Shown in pieces: positions 25,851 through 34,557 of a DNA stretch of 64,000 nt. The first letter of the stretch is position 1; every line of letters begins with the position of its first letter. The translations under genes and the position numbers were made by a program. The DNA comes from an uncultured Eubacteriales bacterium (GTDB taxonomy: Bacteria; Bacillota; Clostridia; Oscillospirales; CAG-272), in contig CAOKER010000001.1 in NCBI GenBank assembly GCA_948467545.1, positions 287,477-351,476 on the forward strand. Reading direction: 5' to 3'. Under the pieces are notes generated by a model. That model had not been told where the DNA came from and did no database searches. It worked only from the letters and a program-made list of their open reading frames with translations.

Positions 25851-25958
25851 TTTGAAATTATGCTAGGATTTGAGGTTATGATTGAGTTTAAGGCTATACT
25901 TGAGTTTAAGGTTCAGCTTGGATTTGGGGTTATGATTGAGTTTAAGGTTATGCTTGGA
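25851..25958 (+). repeat. Six degenerate 18-bp tandem repeats (TTTRAGGTTATGMTTGRG-like)
   Basis: Units start at 25851, 25869, 25887, 25905, 25923, 25941. Intergenic, between tRNA-His and the Na/Pi transporter gene. Confidence 0.85.
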
Positions 25959-26019
25959 CAGGAGCGTGCGTTGATTTGATAATCCGGTGTGAAACGTACA
26001 GCATTCTCAGAGTTAAGTT

Positions 26020-27771
26020 TCAGATGTTTGCAAGTCTGTATTTTTCGCGGTAAGTTTCAAATTCTCTTTTGTAATCCTCGCTGGTATCTCTGAATTTGCG
26101 CAGGGATTCATGCATATTCATGCTGCTTCGTGACGTCTCAATTATACATCCCGCAATGTTTGAGCAGTGATCGGAGGCACGCTCTATATTTGTAAGAAGA
26201 TCCGACCATACAAATCCGGCGTCAATGGAGCATTCTCCGCGCTGAAGTCTGTTTATATGTCTTGTGCGGAGCTGCTCCTTAAGTTCATCAATGATTTGTT
26301 CAAGCGGTTCAACCTGAAGCGCAGTATTCGGATCGTTAGTTATAAAGGCGGCAAGGGTGAGGTCGAGTATTTCATTTATCGCACCTGACAATACCTCCAG
26401 CTCTCTGACAGCACTGTCGGTAAAGGTTATTTTTTTACTGCGCATTTCCTCTGCCGATTCAAGTATATTGACGGCGTGGTCTGAAATCCTTTCAAAATCC
26501 CCGATTATTTTCAAAAGCTTGGCGGCCTCCGCGCTGTCGGCTTCACTGATGCGGCTTGAGCTTAGCTTAACGAGATATGAACCGAGAATATCCTCGTGAT
26601 GATCGGTAGATTCCTCGTCTGTACGGATTTTTTCCGCAGCTTCGGAGGTATAGCCTTCGAGGGCTGAAATACTCATTTTGAGGGCTTCGACCGATGTATT
26701 TGCCATTTGTACGGCTATGGAATTGCATCTTTCGAGAGCGATTGAGGGAGTGGCGAGCAGACGCTCGTCAAGCTCGGCCTGCTGCTCGGGCGTTTTTGAA
26801 TCCGGAACAAGCCGTATAACGAGTTTTTCGAGCAGTCCCGACATCGGCAGAAGCAATAACGTGCAAAGTATATTAAATGCGGAGTGTGCAACCGCGATTC
26901 CGAAAAGGGAAATAGATTCGTTAAAGAGAAGCGGATTAAATATCGCCTTTACCGCGCAGTAAACGGCAAGCCATACCGCTGTACCTATTACATTAAAAGA
27001 AAGGTGGACAAGAGCCGCTCGTTTTGCGTTTTTATTTGCTCCTACAGATGAAATAATTGCGGTTATACATGTGCCTATATTTTGCCCCATTATAATCGGA
27101 ATTGCGGCGCCGTATGAAATCTGTCCTGTTACCGCAAGCGCTTGAAGAATTCCGACCGACGCGGAGCTTGACTGAATAACTGCCGTAAGAATCGCTCCGG
27201 CAAGAACGCCGAGAATCGGATTTTTGAACATAATGAACATGTTCTGAAAGGCCGGTACGTCGGCAAGGCCTGAAACGGCGGCGGACATTGTATCCATTCC
27301 GAACATCAATGTTGCAAAGCCGAGAAGTATCGTGCCGGTGTCCTTTTTTTTGCCGCTATTGCAGAACATAAAAAGAATTATACCGATCAGGGCAAGCACC
27401 GGTGTAAACGATGTCGGTTTGAGCAGTTTCAGGATAATATTGCTGCTTTCGATTCCGCTCAGGCTGAGGATCCATGCTGTAATGGTGGTGCCGATATTTG
27501 CACCCATGATTACATTGATTGCCTGACGGAGCGACATCAGTCCGGAATTTACAAAACCGACTACCATTACCGTCGTGGCCGAAGAACTTTGAATTACCGT
27601 AGTAACTCCTGCTCCCGTCAGCAGACCGGCCATCTTATTTGTGGTGAATTTTCCGAGAAGAGACCTAAGCTCTCCGCCGGCGCGGCGTTCGAGGGCTTGT
27701 CCCATGACTGTCATACCGAACAGAAACAGACTCAGGCCGCCTATAAGCGACAACAGATTGAAAATATCCAT
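26020..27771 (-). CDS. Na+/phosphate cotransporter family protein (NptA-like) with C-terminal PhoU-like domain
   Basis: Two Na/Pi-cotransporter repeats (QSSSATTVMVVG and QSSSASVGILQAL). The C-terminal helical region has PhoU-like DHxxNI motifs (ISDHAVNI, ASDHCSNI). Start set to MDIFNLLSLIGG. Confidence 0.85.
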   Translation of the reverse strand: MDIFNLLSLIGGLSLFLFGMTVMGQALERRAGGELRSLLGKFTTNKMAGLLTGAGVTTVIQSSSATTVMVVGFVNSGLMSLRQAINVIMGANIGTTITAWILSLSGIESSNIILKLLKPTSFTPVLALIGIILFMFCNSGKKKDTGTILLGFATLMFGMDTMSAAVSGLADVPAFQNMFIMFKNPILGVLAGAILTAVIQSSSASVGILQALAVTGQISYGAAIPIIMGQNIGTCITAIISSVGANKNAKRAALVHLSFNVIGTAVWLAVYCAVKAIFNPLLFNESISLFGIAVAHSAFNILCTLLLLPMSGLLEKLVIRLVPDSKTPEQQAELDERLLATPSIALERCNSIAVQMANTSVEALKMSISALEGYTSEAAEKIRTDEESTDHHEDILGSYLVKLSSSRISEADSAEAAKLLKIIGDFERISDHAVNILESAEEMRSKKITFTDSAVRELEVLSGAINEILDLTLAAFITNDPNTALQVEPLEQIIDELKEQLRTRHINRLQRGECSIDAGFVWSDLLTNIERASDHCSNIAGCIIETSRSSMNMHESLRKFRDTSEDYKREFETYREKYRLANI

Positions 27772-27988
27772 AGATAAAAAACTGCTCCTTGTTGAATGGT
27801 TGTAGTTAAGCAATATTTTATGTTAAAAACATTTTACATATGTAATAAGTGTATCATGTTTTCATCAAATCTATTATCGGATCTTCGTAAAATTCTTGTA
27901 AAGCGGTATTTTACTTTGTATTAAAAGTGAGTGAAATAGGTTATGAAATTTTTCGGGGCAAATCGTCTGTTATAGCTGAAAGCAAGAT

Positions 27989-28084
27989 ACCCGCCCTTTT
28001 TCGGAGGCTTCTGCCGACTTTCTTCAGCGGCGTTAAATTCGCCGTCCCGCCGCCTTGTCACGTTACTTTTTGCTTTATTGAATC
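27989..28084 (+). repeat. Dispersed intergenic repeat, copy G
   Basis: CCCGCCCTTTTTCGGAGGCTTCTGCCGACTTTCTT..CCGCCTTGTCACG..TTTGCTTTATTGAATC. Confidence 0.65.
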
Positions 28085-28111
28085 TTGGCGTTCATTTTTT
28101 TATTTATATAT

Positions 28112-29773
28112 TCAATTGTTTTTTGGAAATACAACCGTTATGTCAGTACCCTCGCCGAGTACACTGCGAAGCGTTATTTTAGCATCGTGAATCATAGCCG
28201 CATGCTTGACAATCGAAAGTCCGAGGCCGGTTCCTCCCACTTCCTTTGAATGGCTTTTATTCACTCGGTAAAATCTTTCAAAAACTCTTTCCCGATGTTC
28301 TTCAGGTATTCCTATTCCGGTGTCTGAAACTGTCAATATCACGGAATCGTCATTGCTTTGGACGTCGACGTTTACTTTTCCTCCGGCACGGTTGTACTTA
28401 ATCGCATTGTCGCACAGGTTGTAAACCATTCCGAACAGCAGCTGCGAAATACCGTTTACAACGGCTGTTTCACCTGTAAGCTCAATAGTCACATTTGCAA
28501 TTTGAGCTTCGTTTTCAACACTGCTGACCGCATTTTCGGCAAGTGTATATAAGTCGACATCCTCGCGTTTCATATCGCCGGCGCCTTCATCGAGATGCGA
28601 CAGACTGATAATGTCGTCTATCAGCTGTATCATTCGCTGAGCTTCGCTGTAAATCTTTTTTGAGAAAGGGGCTACATCCTCATCTTTTACCATACCGTTT
28701 TTTAAAAGTTCGGCATAGCCCGATATTGAGTGAAGCGGGGTTTTAAGCTCGTGTGAAACGTTTGCTGTAAATTCCCGTCTGATCTCCTCGGATTTTTCCT
28801 TTTCCGAGACGCTGTATATAAGCAGGGCGGCTCCTGATACTGATTGTTCCGAGATAATCGGACTTGCGTCGATATGATAATGTTCGCCGTTCAGCTCGGC
28901 TATTTTTTCTGTTCTGTTTCCGTCTGCCGCGAGCGCAAGAGCTTCATGTATATCGCCACTTCGACATATCGCGAAGAGGTTGTCTCCGGTTATATGCATA
29001 TCTGTGTCAAGGAGCTTCGCCGCCGCGCGGTTAATACTCAGAATTGTTCCTTTTTTATTAATCAGAACAAGACCCTCGTTCATTCCCTCTATAATTGCGT
29101 CAAGCTCGTTTTTTCTTCTGTTCAGTTCCGTGGATTGTCTTTTAAGCTGTTTTTGCTGGCTGTCGATACGGTGCAGCAGAGGATAGAGCTCATCATAGCC
29201 GTCATTTGCCATGGGATTGTCAAGATTGATGTTGTTGAGCGGTTTTACAATCTTTTTTGAAAGGCGCGACGCGAGAAACAAGGACAAAACTATTGCTACC
29301 GCAAAAACTATGCATATGGGCTGTGCCATACCCAAAACCAGAATAAGAATTGTGTTCTGAGATATTGAGAGACGAAGGACCGAGCCGTCATTAATGAGTT
29401 TGGCGGAGTACAGAGAACGTTCCATCATTGTTGAAGAATAACGCACGCTTTCTCCGTATCCCGTTTCAAACGCTTCTCGGATTTCCTCTCTTTCGAGATG
29501 ATTTTCCATTGTGGATGAATCTGTTTGGCTGTCATATAAGACTGTGCCGTTCGGGCTTATCCATGTTAAACGGAATTCATCAGTTTCGAGTCCGGTCAGA
29601 TAATCGTATCCCTCGTTGCCCACTCCTTGTGCGGCAAGGCTTGTCTGCATTCTTAATTGCTTTTTCTGTACGCCTGAAAAATATTCATACATTACTCCCA
29701 TTATCAGAATAAGGCATGAAAGAAAAACTGCGAGCGCAACAAGACATATTGAACGAAAAATCCGATTTGTCAT
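28112..29773 (-). CDS. Sensor histidine kinase (PhoR-like)
   Basis: Two N-terminal TM helices, a PAS-like region, H-box SHELKTPLHSISGYAELL, and N/G1/G2 boxes (DNAIKYN, DTGIGI, GGTGLGLSIV). Confidence 0.85.
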   Translation of the reverse strand: MTNRIFRSICLVALAVFLSCLILIMGVMYEYFSGVQKKQLRMQTSLAAQGVGNEGYDYLTGLETDEFRLTWISPNGTVLYDSQTDSSTMENHLEREEIREAFETGYGESVRYSSTMMERSLYSAKLINDGSVLRLSISQNTILILVLGMAQPICIVFAVAIVLSLFLASRLSKKIVKPLNNINLDNPMANDGYDELYPLLHRIDSQQKQLKRQSTELNRRKNELDAIIEGMNEGLVLINKKGTILSINRAAAKLLDTDMHITGDNLFAICRSGDIHEALALAADGNRTEKIAELNGEHYHIDASPIISEQSVSGAALLIYSVSEKEKSEEIRREFTANVSHELKTPLHSISGYAELLKNGMVKDEDVAPFSKKIYSEAQRMIQLIDDIISLSHLDEGAGDMKREDVDLYTLAENAVSSVENEAQIANVTIELTGETAVVNGISQLLFGMVYNLCDNAIKYNRAGGKVNVDVQSNDDSVILTVSDTGIGIPEEHRERVFERFYRVNKSHSKEVGGTGLGLSIVKHAAMIHDAKITLRSVLGEGTDITVVFPKNN

Positions 29774-29821
29774 GGCTTGAAATGCCCCCTTTCTGCAGAA
29801 AATTAGAGCTTCCTTGCAGGC

Positions 29822-30496
29822 TTAGATATTTTTTTCTATTCTGTATCCGACTCCGCGGATAGTTTCGATATAGTTTCCGTAAGCTCCGAGCTTTGTTCGC
29901 AGCGTTCCTATATGGACATCAACAGTCCGGGTTTCTCCGATATAATCGGCGTCCCATATCTTGGAGAGCAGCTCGTCGCGCGTGAATACTCTGCCGGTAT
30001 TTTCCATGAATAGACGCAGCAGTTCGTATTCCTTCAGCGTAAGCTGTATTCGTTTTCCTCCTGCCGTGACAGTGTGTTCGCAAAGATTGATTTCAAGTTC
30101 TCCGACGCGCAGTTTTTGTATATCTTTCTGCGGCGAGGTGCGGCGGAGCAGGGCTTTGATTCGGGAAATCATTTCCATCATTCCAAACGGCTTTACAAGA
30201 TAATCGTCCGCGCCGTAGTCAAGCCCGATAACCTTGTCGTATTCGGTACCCTTTGCCGTGCATAAAATAATCGGAATATTTGCGGTTGCTGAATTTGAGC
30301 GCAGCTTTTTTAAAATAGAGATTCCATCCTCCCCCGGAAGCATAATATCCAGCGTTATAAGCTGGGGGAGCTCATTTTGCAGCGCCTCAAAAAGTTCGTT
30401 CCCGTCCTGGAATCCTACAGCTTCAAAATGTGAAGCGCCGAGAGTGTAAATCATCAGCTCTCGTATGCTGGAGTCGTCCTCAACACAATAAATCAT
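29822..30496 (-). CDS. OmpR/PhoB-family response regulator
   Basis: Receiver domain (DDSSIRE...LDIMLPGEDG) plus winged-helix output (LTLKEYELLRLF...VDVHIGTLRTKL..IETIRGVGYR). Confidence 0.9.
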   Translation of the reverse strand: MIYCVEDDSSIRELMIYTLGASHFEAVGFQDGNELFEALQNELPQLITLDIMLPGEDGISILKKLRSNSATANIPIILCTAKGTEYDKVIGLDYGADDYLVKPFGMMEMISRIKALLRRTSPQKDIQKLRVGELEINLCEHTVTAGGKRIQLTLKEYELLRLFMENTGRVFTRDELLSKIWDADYIGETRTVDVHIGTLRTKLGAYGNYIETIRGVGYRIEKNI

Positions 30497-30577
30497 TTTT
30501 AAAATTATAGCCGTTCCTTTCTTCTGATTTTATAATTATAAGCAAGGTGTCACGCTCTCCGGTGTCCCGCACTTGGT

Positions 30578-30673
30578 ACCCCGCACCTTCGGCGGCAGGT
30601 CCTGCAGGTATTTTTCGGTGGCTTGCAATCCGCTGCCGAATCAAGCTTGACGGCGCTTTGCGCATTATTAAAA
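30578..30673 (+). repeat. Dispersed intergenic repeat, copy B
   Basis: ..GGCGGCAGGTCCTGCAGGTATTTTTCGGTGGCTTGCAATCCGCTGCCGAATCAAGCTTGACGGCGCTTTGCGCATTATTAAAA. The 3' half is nearly identical to copy A. Confidence 0.65.
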
Positions 30674-30885
30674 TACGGGAAAGTTTTTGTTGTTTTATAT
30701 ATTTTTATATATAATCTACTATATATAATACACGATATATAATATACGATTTTTCTTACAAATTCAACTGTTATTTGTCGGATATATTTTGTTAATTTAT
30801 ATTTTACATTGCTTGGGTAAGATTTGTTATCGTCAATTTGTAAAATCTATTTAAAGTTTACAGTATTTTAATTGCCGTTAATGTA

Positions 30886-30914
30886 TTGACATTGGCATCG
30901 TTTTTTGCTATAAT
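30886..30914 (+). promoter_or_regulatory. Sigma-70 promoter of the THF riboswitch/folT-like unit
   Basis: TTGACA, 17 nt, TATAAT. Confidence 0.75.
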
Positions 30915-30944
30915 ATACAGGAGCAGACAGAATCTGCAATATTA

Positions 30945-31054
30945 CAGAGTAGAACGTGCGCGTTAAGTGCCGCGGGGACGGGGAGTTTGTCCTGCGGACG
31001 AAATTACCGGTATTGAAACCGGGAAATGCGGTGTACGTTTCGCATCCCGCTGTG
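30945..31054 (+). promoter_or_regulatory. THF (tetrahydrofolate) riboswitch
   Basis: CAGAGTAG..CGCGTTAAGTG..GGGGA..GGACGAA..GGGAAATGCGGTGTACG..GCATCCCGCTGTG. This matches the conserved THF-I core (AGAGUAG, GCGUUAAGUG, ACGAA, GCGGUG, GCAUCCGCU) and sits upstream of a FolT-like gene. Confidence 0.85.
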
Positions 31055-31074
31055 GCATATCGGACTAATTATAA

Positions 31075-31106
31075 ACCGACGGCACAGACGTCGGTTTTTT
31101 GTTTTT
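31075..31106 (+). terminator. THF riboswitch expression-platform terminator
   Basis: ACCGACG-GCACAGA-CGTCGGT followed by TTTTTTGTTTTT. Confidence 0.8.
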
Positions 31107-31146
31107 CATATGCTTCTGCGGTTTCGCAGAAAGGAAACGGTTGAAA

Positions 31147-33093
31147 ATGACAGATTTATCGGATGACATGACAAATGAGAAAGCAGGAGGAGAACGGACT
31201 GCGGCGGATGATAAGTTCGGTGGTGCAGTGAAGGTGAAAAGGGAGCTTTTCGCGGAGACGGCGGAGGTTCAGAGTGTCGGCAATATGCGGTGTTTGAATG
31301 ACGCCGAAAATCATGAAACGGAAGCAGCGGCAGAAACGTCGGATATGGCGAGTAAAGCGAATATGGCTGGCACAGCGGATATGGCCGGTACAGCGAATAT
31401 GGCAGATACAGCGGATATGGTGGATACGGCAGGTGAGGCGGGTATGACAGAATCGTGCAGTGCCGAAACGGGAACTTTCGGAGTGAGTTTGGTATCTGGG
31501 AAAACGGTAGAGGATGACAAGCAGGCTTCGGGGGCTGACGGGGAACAGGTACTTTTCAGCAAAGCCAGAATGTCGGAAGCTGCGGAAACGAATTCGGCGG
31601 CAAACAATCAAACGCTGACGGATGAAAATGTTTCGGATCAAGATGATGCGGAAACAAGGGCTGACAGTTTGTATGATCGAAAGGATCAAACCGGTTCAAA
31701 AGAAGCGGCCTGTGCAGAAAACGGAGGCGGAGAAGATAAAAAAGCAAAGAAAAATTCACGACTTGTTAAAAGCTCGTTGCTTAAAATGACGCTCTGTGCG
31801 GTTTTTATCGGACTTGCAGTAGTCTCGAAGCTTTTTTTGACGATTAAGATTCCGTTGCTTGGAGCGGACGGTCTGCGTATCAGCCTTGCGGGAGTGTTTA
31901 CAGCGTTTCCCGCATTTATCTGCGGTCCGATATACGGCGGTATAGCAAGCGCCGCGTCTGATTTTATAGGCTATCTTATAAAGCCAGACGGAGCATATAT
32001 TCCTTGGCTTACATTGACAGCATTTGCCGGAGGCGTACTCAAAGGTATCATCTGGCGGCTGTTTGTCCGCAGACCGAGAAAAAGCGTAAGAATTCTGGCG
32101 CTCTCTGCATTTGTAATTGTGGGGGCTTTGGGGCTGACGGTTCATATAAGTTTAATTTCGGACGGAATCCTCAACGATATTACGGCGTCTCAATCGCAGC
32201 TTGCAACGAGGGGCAGAATGGAATCTATTGAGAAAAATGCGGTTTCCGGAGCGGTAGTAAATCTTGCAAAATATAATAATGATGTTTTTACTGTAACTGC
32301 GGTTTCCGACAGTGAGACGATTGTTCTGCCGTCAAAGGCTGATCTTGACGGATATGAACGTCCCGTTACAAAAATCGGCGGCGGAGCTTTCTCGTCCTGT
32401 GAGGATGTGAAAAGAATATACATACCGTCCGTATATACTTCTATAGATAAGGAAGCTTTTACCGGAATTGATTTTTCGGAAATTGTAATCGTTTCTGAAA
32501 AGAGTTCTTCGGCGGAGAAATTTGCGTCTCAGAACGGAATATCTTTTGAAGAAGGCACGTGCGAAGAGCTTACGCTTAAGCTTGTTTCCGTATACAGCGA
32601 CGGGGGTTATTCAGTTTCGGCACTTCAGAGCGGCGGCTTTACAGTCAAATCGAGCGACGCTTACAGAAAAAATTTATCCGGATATATTTCATTTACAACC
32701 GTCGGACTGGAGCTTATCGGGCTTATAGGTATTCTCTATTTTGTTCTTGAGGCCGCCGTGTCCCGATATGAAGCTTCCGGAACCGACAGCAGAGATAAGG
32801 ACGGAAAGCAAAGGAAGAAAATACTCGGCCATATTGTAAACCCTCAGCTTGTAAAGATTATGCTCTCTACTGTAATATCGGGACTTATTGTCACGACTGT
32901 CAACACTAAGATACTGCAGGCTGTTCTCGCTGTATACAGCGGCAGATCGTTTATCATTCTCTGGATTCCGAGATTTATCGAGGAGCTTGCGGTATGCATG
33001 GTACAGTCGGTGCTGATTTCGGTCCTTTACGGCGTTTATATCGGTACGGTCGGCAAAAAAACTCAGCGTATACTTGACGGCAAGGGGGATTAA
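31147..33093 (+). CDS. Chimeric FolT-like ECF S-component: ~215-aa acidic low-complexity N-terminus, S-component TM core, inserted leucine-rich-repeat (BspA-type) domain
   Basis: Start set to MTDLSDD, because the ATG at 31099 lies inside the terminator T-tract. TM core LCAVFIGLAVVSKLF..LRISLAGVFTAFPAFICGPIYGGIASAASDFIGYLIK resembles folate-family S components. Insert VTKIGGGAFSSCEDVKRIYIPSVYTSIDKEAFTG is a BspA-like LRR. More TM helices at the C-terminus. Confidence 0.7.
   Translation: MTDLSDDMTNEKAGGERTAADDKFGGAVKVKRELFAETAEVQSVGNMRCLNDAENHETEAAAETSDMASKANMAGTADMAGTANMADTADMVDTAGEAGMTESCSAETGTFGVSLVSGKTVEDDKQASGADGEQVLFSKARMSEAAETNSAANNQTLTDENVSDQDDAETRADSLYDRKDQTGSKEAACAENGGGEDKKAKKNSRLVKSSLLKMTLCAVFIGLAVVSKLFLTIKIPLLGADGLRISLAGVFTAFPAFICGPIYGGIASAASDFIGYLIKPDGAYIPWLTLTAFAGGVLKGIIWRLFVRRPRKSVRILALSAFVIVGALGLTVHISLISDGILNDITASQSQLATRGRMESIEKNAVSGAVVNLAKYNNDVFTVTAVSDSETIVLPSKADLDGYERPVTKIGGGAFSSCEDVKRIYIPSVYTSIDKEAFTGIDFSEIVIVSEKSSSAEKFASQNGISFEEGTCEELTLKLVSVYSDGGYSVSALQSGGFTVKSSDAYRKNLSGYISFTTVGLELIGLIGILYFVLEAAVSRYEASGTDSRDKDGKQRKKILGHIVNPQLVKIMLSTVISGLIVTTVNTKILQAVLAVYSGRSFIILWIPRFIEELAVCMVQSVLISVLYGVYIGTVGKKTQRILDGKGD
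31339..31446 (+). repeat. Six in-frame 18-bp tandem repeats encoding (A/S)(D/N)MA(G/D)T hexapeptides
   Basis: Units start at 31339, 31357, 31375, 31393, 31411, 31429. Peptide SDMASKANMAGTADMAGTANMADTADMVDTAGEAGM. Confidence 0.85.
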
Positions 33094-33126
33094 ACAGCTT
33101 TGCCGGAATGAGGACAGTGAATTGAA

Positions 33127-34389
33127 ATGGATAAAGTAACGGGAAAAGAAACAGTGGAAAAAGAAACAGCGGGAAAAGAATTAACGGTAAAAACAATAAA
33201 GCTTTATGAGGAATCGGGAAATCTGTTTGAGTTTGACGCCAATGTTATTGGATGTTTGAAGAATGGCGACGAAGAATATGATATTGTGCTTGACAGAAGC
33301 GCCTTTTTTCCGGGAGGCGGAGGTCAGATGCACGATACCGGAAACATAAACGACGGGAACTTTGATATCAAAGTATCGTATGTGTATATGAAGGACGGGG
33401 TTATTTATCATCGTACATGCGCCCCTGTTGCGGAGGGGGCCGGAGTAAGGTGTGGAATAGATAAAGAAAAGCGGTTCCGAAGAATGCAGAATCACAGCGG
33501 AGAGCATATAGTGTCTGGTCTGGCATACAGTATCTATGGATGCAATAATGTCGGATTTCATATGTCTGAAAATGAGGCGGGCTTTGTAGAGTTTATCACG
33601 GCTGACTTTGACGGGGAGCTTAACGCGGATCAGCTCCGCAGGCTTGAAGCTGAGGCTAATAGAGCGGTTTTTTCCAATTTTAAGTTTGAATGCTTTTATC
33701 CTTCCCCAGAAGAGCTTGAGACGATGAGCTTCAGAAGCAAGAAGGAGATAAAAGAAGCGCTGCGGCTTGTTCGTGCGGGAGACGTCGATCTTTGTGCTTG
33801 CTGTGCCCCGCATGTTTCGGCAAGCGGAGAGATTGGAATTATAAAAATTACAGATTTTATGCGTTATAAGGGCGGCGTCCGCGTAACTGTATGCTGCGGT
33901 TTTTCCGCGCTTGAGGATTATTGCTCACGGCAGACTGCGGTCGAAGAAATTTCGCGTATGCTTTCGGTGAAGAGGACGGACATTGCCGCGGGTGTTTCCC
34001 GTTTGTCATCTGAAATGGAATCGGAGAAGCACAGATCGCGTGAGCTTTGCAATTCACTTTGCGAATGTATTGAAAGCAGCTTTGACATCGAAAGATACGC
34101 CGTATTTGAGCCGCTTCTTGATGCGCAGTCGCGGCGGAATCTTGTCCTGAGGCTTGCCGAAAAACGAGGCGGGATTGCCTTCGTATTTTCCGGAGATGAC
34201 GGCAGCGGGTATGATTATGCCGCGGCAGTTCCCGAAAAAAATGCGGATGATTATTCGCTTCGCAGTATAGCGCGTGATATAAGCGCTTCGCTCGGAGGTT
34301 CGGGAGGCGGTTCCACCGTTTTGATATGCGGAAGGGTTTTATCCGATTGTATTTCTATTCAAAAATATATTTCCGCCAAGTTTGGATAA
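33127..34389 (+). CDS. alaX: AlaX-L-type alanyl-tRNA editing protein (AlaRS second-additional-domain plus DHHA1-like C-terminus)
   Basis: Zn-binding editing motifs HSGEHIVSG (HxxxH) and CCAPHV (CxxxH). The C-terminus ends with a GGSGGGS-containing DHHA1-like region. Confidence 0.75.
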   Translation: MDKVTGKETVEKETAGKELTVKTIKLYEESGNLFEFDANVIGCLKNGDEEYDIVLDRSAFFPGGGGQMHDTGNINDGNFDIKVSYVYMKDGVIYHRTCAPVAEGAGVRCGIDKEKRFRRMQNHSGEHIVSGLAYSIYGCNNVGFHMSENEAGFVEFITADFDGELNADQLRRLEAEANRAVFSNFKFECFYPSPEELETMSFRSKKEIKEALRLVRAGDVDLCACCAPHVSASGEIGIIKITDFMRYKGGVRVTVCCGFSALEDYCSRQTAVEEISRMLSVKRTDIAAGVSRLSSEMESEKHRSRELCNSLCECIESSFDIERYAVFEPLLDAQSRRNLVLRLAEKRGGIAFVFSGDDGSGYDYAAAVPEKNADDYSLRSIARDISASLGGSGGGSTVLICGRVLSDCISIQKYISAKFG

Positions 34390-34557
34390 TGTAAAATTAT
34401 ACGGGGCTGTCTGTATGCCCGGCGTATTTTTGCCGCAGATGATTTTATTCATTTGCGGCAGTTTTTTATTTCTTATATTATTGCTTTTTTTTCCGATAAG
34501 TGCTATAATTAGAAAACCTGTTAATAACTATTTTTTCCGAAAGGTCTGATTACAGTA

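Noticed and set aside
25851-25958. Possible CRISPR array, considered for the 18-bp repeats here and the 26-bp repeats at 61568..61645
   Set aside because: The units are directly contiguous with no unique spacers, are too short and degenerate, and no cas genes are in the window. They are simple tandem repeats.
25860-25979. 39-codon ORF encoded by the 18-bp repeat array, considered as a real small gene
   Set aside because: There is no Shine-Dalgarno sequence, and the reading frame is simply a by-product of an 18-bp (6-codon) period. It is kept only as a remark inside the repeat finding.
30700-30885. Highly AT-rich tract with reiterated TATATAAT-like strings between the response-regulator gene and the THF riboswitch promoter, considered as Pho-box or promoter arrays
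   Set aside because: I found no properly spaced TT(A/T/C)ACA direct repeats with 11-bp periodicity. Many overlapping -10-like hexamers are expected by chance in a tract with ~80% A+T.
31099-31146. Upstream ATG (31099) given as the start of the FolT-like ORF
   Set aside because: This ATG sits inside the T-tract of the THF riboswitch terminator, and the first 16 codons (MFFICFCGFAERKRLK) have no RBS. The ATG at 31147, preceded by GAAAGGAAA, is more plausible.
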